IMG/VR virus record: IMGVR_UViG_3300012983_002979
From: a virus
Taxonomy: Duplodnaviria > Heunggongvirae > Uroviricota > Caudoviricetes
Strand: one strand, 5' to 3'
DNA: 10,826 nt
Under the pieces are notes generated by a model that saw only the letters and a program-made list of their open reading frames with translations, was not told the DNA's origin and made no database searches. The translations under genes were made by a program, and so were the position numbers. How positions within the stretch are numbered: position 1 is the first letter of the stretch; every line of letters begins with the position of its first letter. Of this stretch, positions 1-6,463 are shown in pieces.

Positions 1-120
1 GCTAGTTTGTTAGTGGCGTGTCCGTCCGCAGCTGGCAAGCGAATGTAAAGACTGACTAAGCATGTAGTACCGAGGATGTAGGAATTTCGGACGCGGGTTC
101 AACTCCCGCCAGCTCCACCA
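1..120 (+). ncRNA. ssrA: tmRNA (SsrA), 3' terminal 120 nt; gene is truncated by the window start
   Basis: Sequence matches my recollection of the 3' part of E. coli tmRNA, ending in the tRNA-like acceptor arm GGTTCAACTCCCGCCAGCTCCACCA with terminal CCA at 118-120. Recognised from memory, not from a search. Confidence 0.92.
98..120 (+). other. Putative attL core at the ssrA 3' end (island/chromosome junction)
   Basis: An integrase gene lies immediately downstream of the tmRNA 3' end, and a degenerate copy of this segment recurs at 10688-10707. Exact crossover limits cannot be set from one window. Confidence 0.4.
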
Positions 121-153
121 CTTGCTCTTCCGGATACGTCCGGAGAAATCCTG

Positions 154-189
154 AAAGCCCGCATGGCGCAAGCCCTGTGGGCTTTTTTG
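154..189 (+). terminator. Rho-independent terminator downstream of ssrA
   Basis: AAGCCC(155-160)...GGGCTT(178-183) stem around a GC-rich loop, followed by a T-run (181-187). Confidence 0.45.
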
Positions 190-232
190 TGTCTACCGTT
201 GTCCGAGGATATCCCGCTAAATCCAGTGATTA

Positions 233-284
233 TTGGTATACGTTTAGGTATACGATAGGATGTATACCTAAACGCGTATACCAA
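233..284. promoter_or_regulatory. Near-perfect inverted repeat of a 22-bp motif (TTGGTATACGnTTAGGTATAC) just upstream of int; candidate integrase arm-type sites and/or int operator
   Basis: 233-253 TTGGTATACGTTTAGGTATAC; 262-284 is its reverse complement with a 2-nt insertion. A third copy lies at 10613-10634 near the right end. It sits between the ssrA terminator and the int RBS (AAGGAG 291-296). Confidence 0.4.
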
Positions 285-303
285 TTCATTAAGGAGCGGC
301 CAA

Positions 304-1497
304 GTGGCTCGGACAACACGCCCTCTGAGCAACACCGAAGTTCTACGTGCTAAAGCGCTAGATAAGGATCTAACACTGCATGATGGTGATGGGCTTTTTC
401 TGATAGTGAAAACAAACGGTAAAAAACTCTGGCGCTTTCGCTATCAACGACCAACTACAAAAAAAAGAACAATGATAGGGATAGGTGCTTTCCCAGCTAT
501 CTCACTTGCTGATGCTAGAAGGTTAAGGGCGAATTATCTTGCTTTGTTAGCTAATGGCCTAGATCCACAAGTTCAAGCTGAACTTATCGAAGAACAACAA
601 CAGATAGCCATAGACAGTATTTTTTCGACTGTTGCATTCAATTGGTTCCAGCTAAAAAGCAAAAGCGTTACCCCTGATTACGCTAAGGATATATGGCGCT
701 CTCTGGAAAAGGACATATTCCCAGCTATCGGGGAGCTCCCTGTCCAGCAAATCAAAGCCCGGACTCTAGTCGAAGCCCTTGAGCCAATAAAAGCACGTGG
801 GGCTCTTGAAACTGTACGTCGCCTGATACAGCGGATTAACGAGATTATGATTTATGCCGTAAATACTGGTCTGCTCGATGCAAATCCTGCATCAGGCGTC
901 GGGATGGCCTTTGAAAAACCCAAAAAACAAAATATGCGGACGCTGAGACCTGAAGAACTGCCGGAACTAATGCGTTCTTTAGCTATGTCAAACTTATCCG
1001 TTCCCACTCGCTGTCTTATAGAATGGCAACTTCTGACCCTCGTGCGTCCATCAGAGGCATCTGGTGCTCGGTGGGCTGAGCTCGATCTGGATGCAAAGCT
1101 CTGGGTGATTCCAAGCGAGCGGATGAAGGCTAAGCGAGAACATATTGTTCCTTTGTCTCCTCAAGCCTTAGACATTCTTATGGTGATGAAACCAATAAGT
1201 GGGCATCGGACATATATTTTTCCGAGTCGAAACGATCCCCAAAAAGCAATGAATAGCCAAACAGCAAATGCGGCATTAAAACGTATTGGATATGGACAAA
1301 AATTGGTTGCTCATGGTTTGCGTTCTATTGCAAGTACAGCGATGAATGAGGCAGGTTTTAATTCAGATGTTATTGAAACTGCACTTTCTCATGTTGACAA
1401 AGACGAAGTTCGGCGTGCATATAATCGCGCTTTATATCTCGAGCAACGTAAAGAGCTTTTAAATTGGTGGGGATTATTTGTCATGAACTCTAAATAA
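304..1497 (+). CDS. int: Tyrosine site-specific recombinase, P4-type integrase (397 aa, GTG start)
   Basis: ORF 304..1497 with AAGGAG 8 nt upstream. N-terminus (GDGLFLIVKTNGKKLWRFRY) resembles the arm-binding domain of P4-family integrases; C-terminus has HGLRS...RAYNRALYLEQR consistent with the catalytic His/Arg/Tyr region. Location next to the tmRNA 3' end is typical. Confidence 0.9.
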   Translation: MARTTRPLSNTEVLRAKALDKDLTLHDGDGLFLIVKTNGKKLWRFRYQRPTTKKRTMIGIGAFPAISLADARRLRANYLALLANGLDPQVQAELIEEQQQIAIDSIFSTVAFNWFQLKSKSVTPDYAKDIWRSLEKDIFPAIGELPVQQIKARTLVEALEPIKARGALETVRRLIQRINEIMIYAVNTGLLDANPASGVGMAFEKPKKQNMRTLRPEELPELMRSLAMSNLSVPTRCLIEWQLLTLVRPSEASGARWAELDLDAKLWVIPSERMKAKREHIVPLSPQALDILMVMKPISGHRTYIFPSRNDPQKAMNSQTANAALKRIGYGQKLVAHGLRSIASTAMNEAGFNSDVIETALSHVDKDEVRRAYNRALYLEQRKELLNWWGLFVMNSK

Positions 1498-1522
1498 AAG
1501 CTTTTTAATCATCAAAAATTTT

Positions 1523-1546
1523 AAGGCTTTCATTCATGAAAGCCTT
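1523..1546 (-). terminator. Perfect 10-bp-stem hairpin between convergent int and cargo genes; likely terminator for the cargo operon
   Basis: AAGGCTTTCA-ttca-TGAAAGCCTT. On the minus-strand transcript the hairpin is followed by AAAAUUUUU. It overlaps the last codons and stop of cargo gene 2. Confidence 0.45.
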
Positions 1547-2189
1547 CTGTAACAATTATAGGTTCATCTAGCATATATTGTTTTGCAACATATAAAGGAA
1601 AAAAATCTGAGGTATAAAAATTAAAAATATCCCATTGGATATAACACCAAAAAAGAATAACCAAAAGCATCAATGTTATATTTGCCATGGATATATGAAA
1701 ACTCCACAACAAACAAAACAAAAGAGAAAAAATAATCTCAGAGTTAATTATCTTAACTCGAAGATTAGCCTTTTTATCTGATATCTTTTTATCTATCTCC
1801 TTAATAATAAAAAAATCATGGGCATCATTTCGTTTTAACCCCTCATATTTCTCATAAATCCTTAAAATATAGCCATCAAAATCACCAATAAAAACAAGGT
1901 GATTGAAAACTGAAAAGTTTATTTTCTTATGACCATAATTTAAAACCAGAGAAATGATTAGGGCTTGTATTAATTGCAACACTGAAAGCCCTGACAGTAC
2001 TCCCTGTTGAAAATCAAGCACATCCTTAAGGGAAGTTTGATTCATGATATTATATATATCAACATTACCTTTCTGATAAGTCAACATAAAGAAAATTACC
2101 ATGAATAATATCAAAAAACGATGAAGAGGATACTTACAAGTAAGATCCTCAATATATTTCTCTTGGACTTTTTTTGCTAGTTCATCCAT
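1530..2189 (-). CDS. Hypothetical integral membrane protein, ~219 aa, four predicted TM helices (hotspot cargo gene 2)
   Basis: ORF 1530..2222 minus; preferred start is the ATG at 2189-2187 (MDELAKK...), which overlaps the upstream stop as TAATG and has AGGTG 5 nt upstream. Hydrophobic segments FLILFMVIFFMLTY, VLSGLSVLQLIQALIISLVL, IIFSLLFCLLWSF and ITLMLLVILFWCYIQW, with a charged ~60-aa loop between TM2 and TM3. Very AT-rich. Confidence 0.65.
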   Translation of the reverse strand: MDELAKKVQEKYIEDLTCKYPLHRFLILFMVIFFMLTYQKGNVDIYNIMNQTSLKDVLDFQQGVLSGLSVLQLIQALIISLVLNYGHKKINFSVFNHLVFIGDFDGYILRIYEKYEGLKRNDAHDFFIIKEIDKKISDKKANLRVKIINSEIIFSLLFCLLWSFHISMANITLMLLVILFWCYIQWDIFNFYTSDFFPLYVAKQYMLDEPIIVTEGFHE

Positions 2190-3088
2190 TAATACACCTG
2201 TATAAAATATACATCTCCACAATTTGGATCAAAAGCTCCATATTCTATATATGGAGCACCTAAAAACACCATCTCTCTTTCATTCTGAAAATAAGGAAAA
2301 ACCTCTTGAAAATCTTCTTTTGAGGCAAATCTCAGTGTACTTACCGAATTGTTAAAACTGTTTTTCATTTTAGCAGAAAGATATTGCAAATCCATCTCTG
2401 TAACTTTCACTCGATAAATTACAGGGTCACCCAATTTCTTCCTAGTTATAACCCTATGAAAATCATTGGCTTTTGCTCTATTGAACCCAAAAACCTCTGT
2501 GCGATCTGCTGTCAACGATATTTCTAGCGAGCTATCCCCTGAATGATGAGACCTAATAATTGCCAACATTTGATCTATCTCTCTCACAATTGCTCGGTCA
2601 CCATACCGTCGATTAACTGCTGCATCCGGATTTTCCAAAAGTTGCTGATAATCACGAGGTAAAATTTTCTGGCTAGCAATTTGTGCACGTCTAGTCTCTA
2701 CACTTTTACTAATAGTTTCAGCATTTTCAAGACCAGACTGCTGTGCTTCTTTAACTGCATTATTTAGTGCATTTGAAACCCTTTCGACTACTTTTTTTGT
2801 AACATCTTTCTTAGAGAAGAAGTCGATAATATATCCACCTTCTCTAGGGGGCTGTACCAACAGTTCAACATCTTTATAGTAGTCATGATGCATCTTTGCA
2901 TATTTCCAAAGATTACCATGTCTGATGTCAAGATAAGCCCGATCTAAGGCACTTTGCAAATGGCCTAGGCTTTTAGAAAGAGTTCTCAGGGATACTTGGT
3001 GATCAGGTGCAATATCGCCATCAAAATGCAATTCAACAATCGCCACTTCACTTTGCTCCATGTGGAAAAATAAGTCGTTAATGTTCAT
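2189..3088 (-). CDS. Hypothetical protein, 299 aa, no recognisable motif (hotspot cargo gene 1)
   Basis: Long ORF in AT-rich DNA, same orientation as and translationally coupled to the membrane-protein gene. No Walker A, zinc finger or obvious nuclease motif seen by eye. The SD upstream of the ATG at 3088 is weak. Confidence 0.7.
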   Translation of the reverse strand: MNINDLFFHMEQSEVAIVELHFDGDIAPDHQVSLRTLSKSLGHLQSALDRAYLDIRHGNLWKYAKMHHDYYKDVELLVQPPREGGYIIDFFSKKDVTKKVVERVSNALNNAVKEAQQSGLENAETISKSVETRRAQIASQKILPRDYQQLLENPDAAVNRRYGDRAIVREIDQMLAIIRSHHSGDSSLEISLTADRTEVFGFNRAKANDFHRVITRKKLGDPVIYRVKVTEMDLQYLSAKMKNSFNNSVSTLRFASKEDFQEVFPYFQNEREMVFLGAPYIEYGAFDPNCGDVYFIQVY

Positions 3089-3194
3089 ATATTACGTTCA
3101 TATAAAGCACAGATCTACATCTTGAAAATGAATTTTAAAGCTGAATGAGATTTGTGATAATTCTAAAAGACATTTTTATGATACATCGCGCGCA

Positions 3195-3213
3195 GTGCTT
3201 TCCCCGCCTCGCC
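3195..3213. other. cos site: P2/P4-type 19-nt cohesive end (reverse complement of GGCGAGGCGGGGAAAGCAC)
   Basis: 3195-3213 reads GTGCTTTCCCCGCCTCGCC, whose reverse complement matches the P2/P4 cohesive-end sequence as I recall it. Flanked by GC-rich dyad symmetry (3203-3232). Position between int/cargo and psu agrees with P4 organisation. Confidence 0.55.
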
Positions 3214-3314
3214 CGCCCGCTTTGCGGGGCGGTTTTAATGCAGTTGCACTGACACGCTCAGACCGCGCCGGGAATGGTGCGGTCTGCAGAAAATGAGGCA
3301 GGAAAACGCATGCA

Positions 3315-3347
3315 AAGCCATGCACCTTATCGATGCATGGCTTTTTT
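3315..3347 (+). terminator. Rho-independent terminator-like hairpin between cos and the psu stop
   Basis: AAGCCATGCA-ccttatcga-TGCATGGCTT followed by TTTTT on the plus strand. On the minus strand (psu sense) the hairpin is not followed by a U-run, so it would mainly stop rightward transcription. Confidence 0.4.
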
Positions 3348-3377
3348 CAGTAAAAACGGGCGGATTTTCGGGGAATT

Positions 3378-3950
3378 TTACACAGACTGATGTGATGCCA
3401 GTTGCGCACTTTTACGCGAAAAAATCATGTTCTGCGCAGGGGTGAATTTTTCACGGCTGTCATCCACCGAAGCCGCGTCAGGCCTGAATCCGATGGTCGT
3501 TAAAATGTCGCTATCCTGTGCGGAATAATTAATTTTTTCACCCTTCGCAAGCCAGGACAGGAGGGCTTCACGCAGGGCATCTGTGGCACGCTGTATGGCA
3601 CAGTTTCGGGCAATGGCCGTCAGCTCACTGTAGCCCATCAGCTCCGGTGCCAGTGCCGCCGCCAGTGCTGTGCCGTGCTGCTGCATAAAATCATTCAGCC
3701 GGTCGCGGATGCTGATGTGCTGAACGGCTTCATGCGAACGAATATAACGACCGGCGGCCTGATTCACCTGCCATTTTCTGACTTCGATAATATTGCGTAA
3801 TTCGTCCAGGCGACTGACGTTTCTGCCTTCTCCTGACTGAAGCCGCAGATATTCCTGTTCGGCCGCTGCCAGCTCATTTTTGCGTTGCAGCCATGCTGCT
3901 TTGTTATTCTGACAGGTGTCAAAGGCCTGCTGTAAGGCTGTGCTTTCCAT
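3378..3950 (-). CDS. psu: Psu, polarity suppression / capsid decoration protein (190 aa)
   Basis: 190-aa ORF beginning MESTALQQAFDTCQNNKAAW, which I recognise as P4 Psu; length and position (last gene of the psu-delta-sid operon, adjacent to cos) match. Confidence 0.9.
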   Translation of the reverse strand: MESTALQQAFDTCQNNKAAWLQRKNELAAAEQEYLRLQSGEGRNVSRLDELRNIIEVRKWQVNQAAGRYIRSHEAVQHISIRDRLNDFMQQHGTALAAALAPELMGYSELTAIARNCAIQRATDALREALLSWLAKGEKINYSAQDSDILTTIGFRPDAASVDDSREKFTPAQNMIFSRKSAQLASHQSV

Positions 3951-4023
3951 CGTTATCTCTTTCTCATCATGCTGAAGAATAAAAATACGGTGTGCGGCGA
4001 CGGCCGGGGTTAACCGGCAGCCC

Positions 4024-4524
4024 TCATTCCAGACGCAGCGAATATGATTGTGTTTTTAACCGTACTGGCGGCAGTTCCTGTTTTTCATGCAGGCGTTCTG
4101 CCAGTTCGTCCGGTGTGACCGGGCGGACAATGAAGCGGTTGATGGTCTGAAGCGTTTTAAACACCAGACCACAGCCCGGATCCGTGCACACATAAAAACG
4201 TTCGGTGACTTCCTGAGACAGACGCCGCGATGTTCTTGACAGTGCAAGGCCTTTACATCTCCGACAACAATATCCGGTAACAAGCATTCTTTTCGGGCGT
4301 TTCATACTGCCGGAGGCAGAAGTCAGTGAATCGCGGTATCTCTGTTTGCCTGAAATGTATTCCATTCCTGAATCTTTACTGTCAGAGAAAAAGCTTTCAC
4401 TCGCTTCAAATGTCGCAGAGCAATAAATATTCCGGCACTGTGCAATCATTATCTTGGTGCCATCGTCCATGAAATGTGCGCGGCGGGTGTGAGCAACATG
4501 TCCACACGACGGGCAGTAAATCAT
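4024..4524 (-). CDS. delta: Delta, late-gene transcription activator with tandem Ogr-like zinc-finger domains (166 aa)
   Basis: Two Cys-rich Ogr-type halves (CPSCGH...CRNIYC and CCRRCKG...CTDPGC). 166 aa as in P4 Delta. Start overlaps the sid stop as ATGA (4521-4524). Confidence 0.9.
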   Translation of the reverse strand: MIYCPSCGHVAHTRRAHFMDDGTKIMIAQCRNIYCSATFEASESFFSDSKDSGMEYISGKQRYRDSLTSASGSMKRPKRMLVTGYCCRRCKGLALSRTSRRLSQEVTERFYVCTDPGCGLVFKTLQTINRFIVRPVTPDELAERLHEKQELPPVRLKTQSYSLRLE

Positions 4525-5255
4525 GACAGCAGTCCTCTGGCCTTAAGCTCTGCACCCTGCTGGTCTATTTTGTCCTGCCACACCTTGCGCTGTGCCGGTG
4601 TGCCTGCCACCTCATAATCCATGTGCGGGAGTGTTGCCGCTGACAGTCCGGTCAGCCGGAGAACCGGCTCGCCGGTGAGGCTGATTTGCATCTGTTTAAT
4701 TTTCTGTTCCAGCGATGATTTCACCTGCTGCATGACAGCTTTATCGGGTGCGACGTAGCCCTGATGGCCGGTGGTGTTGGCGAGCGGATTTTCCTGTACC
4801 AGGATACTCAGATGCATTGCCCGGACAAGCGCCTCACAGGTTTCATTCAGGGCGTGTTCCAGCTCATGCTCTGCATACAGACTCAGAAGGTGATGATGTG
4901 CCTTCCGGTAGGCGGTGGCCGTGCTGTCACACGCCCCTTTCAGGCGTTCACGTTCGAAATTCAGCACCACGGCCAGATTGTCATATTCCTGTACCAGCTC
5001 CCGGCGTGCCACGCGCTCAATGTGGCGCTGTTTCAGCTCGTCGCTCAGGACACCACCGGCTGCACGAAAGGCCGTGCGCCAGTCGTCAGCGTCGTTTCCG
5101 TCGGCCTGCGCCAGCGCATTTTTTTCCTGCTCTGCCCGTTCAATGGCCGTGACGGTCTCATCCATCAGGCGGGCGTTCTCAAGGTGGGCGGCTCTGGCCT
5201 TTTCCAGTTGTGCCAGTGCGGGTTGCAGATATTCAGGGATGGTGTTGTCAGACAT
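4521..5255 (-). CDS. sid: Sid, external scaffold / capsid size determination protein (244 aa from the ATG at 5255)
   Basis: ORF 4521..5273; the ATG at 5255-5253 has GAGGAG 8 nt upstream and gives 244 aa, the P4 Sid length as I recall it. The track's start at 5273 is a GTG. Coiled-coil-like, Ala/Glu/Leu-rich composition. Confidence 0.85.
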   Translation of the reverse strand: MSDNTIPEYLQPALAQLEKARAAHLENARLMDETVTAIERAEQEKNALAQADGNDADDWRTAFRAAGGVLSDELKQRHIERVARRELVQEYDNLAVVLNFERERLKGACDSTATAYRKAHHHLLSLYAEHELEHALNETCEALVRAMHLSILVQENPLANTTGHQGYVAPDKAVMQQVKSSLEQKIKQMQISLTGEPVLRLTGLSAATLPHMDYEVAGTPAQRKVWQDKIDQQGAELKARGLLS

Positions 5256-5289
5256 TTTCCGGCTCCTCGTCACTTCAGGTTAAGAAAAT

Positions 5290-5345
5290 TGTGACGTACA
5301 CCGGACAACAACACGACGCATTGCAGATGTGCCAGCCCTGACACA
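5290..5345 (-). promoter_or_regulatory. Psid-like late promoter: two TGT-N12-ACA dyads (candidate Delta/Ogr binding sites)
   Basis: TGT(5290-5292)-N12-ACA(5305-5307) and TGT(5328-5330)-N12-ACA(5343-5345), centres ~38 bp apart. Relative to a leftward start near 5281 they would sit near -18 and -55. P2/P4 late promoters are activated through TGT-N12-ACA dyads. Confidence 0.45.
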
Positions 5346-5424
5346 GGAGACTCATCCTCAGACCGGCAAGCCAGGAAAAGGTCGCAGGAAAAACCGGCTT
5401 ACTGTTTGTTTTTTTATATTTTAC

Positions 5425-5528
5425 TGTTCACCTCTGTTCATCATAAGAAAAAAGATAAGTAATACAGTAAGTTAAAGGGTGAACAATCGCAGTAATGACT
5501 GTTCACCGTCTGTTCACCACTGTTCACC
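5425..5528. repeat. Iteron cluster of TGTTCACC octamers; ori-like replication origin
   Basis: TGTTCACC at 5425, 5500, 5511, 5521 (the last three ~10-11 bp apart), a variant TGTTCATC at 5436, and an inverted GGTGAACA at 5478. The same octamer recurs in the crr-like repeats after alpha, ~4.9 kb away. P4 alpha binds TGTTCACC iterons in ori and crr. Confidence 0.5.
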
Positions 5529-5807
5529 CGTTGATGGGCTTTTTGTGCTGTTTACTACTGTTTGTTTTTATTAATTTGCCGGGAATGAATAAGAAAAAAC
5601 GATTTGTATTTCACTATAAAAATTACGAATTGCTTTAAGTGGCTTTAAATGACTTTAAGTGGAGATGAACAAAAAACACACAAGCATTGTAAGGCTGCCG
5701 GAACAAATCCCCCCTGTTGCGTCTGCTGAAAATATTCACAAAATAAAGCGCTACCCGAAGCCGGACGGACTTATCCGGTGCTGTATGGACATTAACGAGG
5801 TAGCCCG

Positions 5808-6074
5808 ATGCAAGCTGTTTTTTCTTCCCCGTCTCCCGCCCCTGTGACGCCACTGATGCCGCTGCCGGACATCACGCAGGAGCGTTTTTTACGTCTGCCG
5901 GAAGTGATGCACCTGTGCGGCCTGTCACGCTCGACCATCTATGAACTCATCCGTAAGGGGGAATTTCCGCCGCAGGTGAGTCTTGGCGGTAAAAATGTGG
6001 CCTGGCTGCACTCTGAAGTCACCGCATGGATGGCCGGCCGCATTGCCGGACGCAAACGGGGGTATGACGCATGA
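5808..6074 (+). CDS. vis: Vis/AlpA-family HTH regulator, excision and late-gene control (88 aa)
   Basis: [50 protein letters not shown] matches the AlpA-type HTH pattern. 88 aa from the ATG at 5808 (GAGG 8 nt upstream); an alternative start at 5856 would give ~72 aa. Confidence 0.75.
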   Translation: MQAVFSSPSPAPVTPLMPLPDITQERFLRLPEVMHLCGLSRSTIYELIRKGEFPPQVSLGGKNVAWLHSEVTAWMAGRIAGRKRGYDA

Positions 6075-6108
6075 TGATGCCCGCTCTGCAAAAAGTCCCT
6101 TTTTCTGG

Positions 6109-6138
6109 CTTGCCTTTTTCCGGCATTTGCGGATATAG
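6109..6138 (+). promoter_or_regulatory. Candidate sigma70 promoter (PLE-like) for the immunity/left operon
   Basis: TTGCCT (6109-6114), 18-bp spacer, TATAGT (6133-6138), ~30 bp upstream of the seqA-like element. Pattern match only. Confidence 0.3.
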
Positions 6139-6329
6139 TTTTTCCGCTGTCGCAAAATCGGCAGCCGGGCGTAGGAACCCGTGTAACTCGAAGGCGACAT
6201 ATGACGCGCCATGCGTCTTTTTTTGTGTCGCAATCAACGCCACAGAGCGCCAGATTATGGTGTGGCGTGTGGTTTGCCGTGCAGGTATGATCCTGTTCGC
6301 AATCGCATGTTATGCCACTGAGTCAATGG

Positions 6330-6400
6330 TAGCTCAGGCGGGGCAGCCTCCGGGCTGGCCGGTATTCTTCGAGGCCGGTATTCCTACCCCCGTCTGGGCT
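6330..6400 (+). ncRNA. cI: CI-like immunity RNA region (seqB-like core); boundaries approximate
   Basis: The central segment 6367-6387 (CTTCGAGGCCGGTATTCCTAC) is complementary to the bipartite GTAGGAA...CTCGAAG(G) motifs at 6171-6194 and 6414-6453, as in P4 seqA/seqB/seqC. RNA ends cannot be set from sequence. Confidence 0.35.
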
Positions 6401-6463
6401 ATCGCCATCGAGCGTAGGAACTCCGGCGATAGCAGTTATTTGCTACTCGAAGGAGACTGCCTT

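Noticed and set aside
99-335. 78-aa minus-strand ORF
   Set aside because: Overlaps the tmRNA gene, its terminator and the palindrome before int; no RBS context. Almost certainly not coding.
2190-2222. N-terminal extension of the membrane-protein ORF (start at 2222)
   Set aside because: It would overlap gene 1 by 34 nt; the ATG at 2189 gives a TAATG stop-start overlap with an AGGTG SD, which is the more typical arrangement.
1530-3088. Assigning the cargo to Kiwa or RexAB
   Set aside because: Only the architecture (soluble protein plus 4-TM protein) is similar. I cannot see sequence-level similarity, and gene order is opposite to kwaA-kwaB, so no family name is assigned.
3198-3232. GC-rich dyad that looks like a terminator stem
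   Set aside because: It contains the 19-nt P2/P4 cohesive-end sequence and is not followed by a T-run; better explained as the cos site.
4056-4283. 75-aa minus-strand ORF
   Set aside because: Lies inside delta in another frame.
4748-5294. Three plus-strand ORFs (134, 176, 122 aa)
   Set aside because: Antisense to sid in GC-rich DNA, where long spurious ORFs are expected; Arg/Pro/Ser-rich low-complexity products.
5635-5853. 72-aa minus and 62-aa plus ORFs in the ori-vis regulatory region
   Set aside because: They overlap each other and the tandem repeats; the plus ORF starts at a GTG with no spacing to its GGAG. Weak evidence, though a small regulatory protein here cannot be fully excluded.
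5925-6243. 102-aa and 74-aa minus-strand ORFs
   Set aside because: Antisense to vis and to the promoter/seqA region; basic, low-complexity products.
6071-6463. Upstream two-thirds of the 196-aa plus ORF
   Set aside because: Spans the promoter and CI-RNA-like region and has no RBS at 6071; only the last 65 codons (from ATG 6464 with AAGGAG) look like a real gene.
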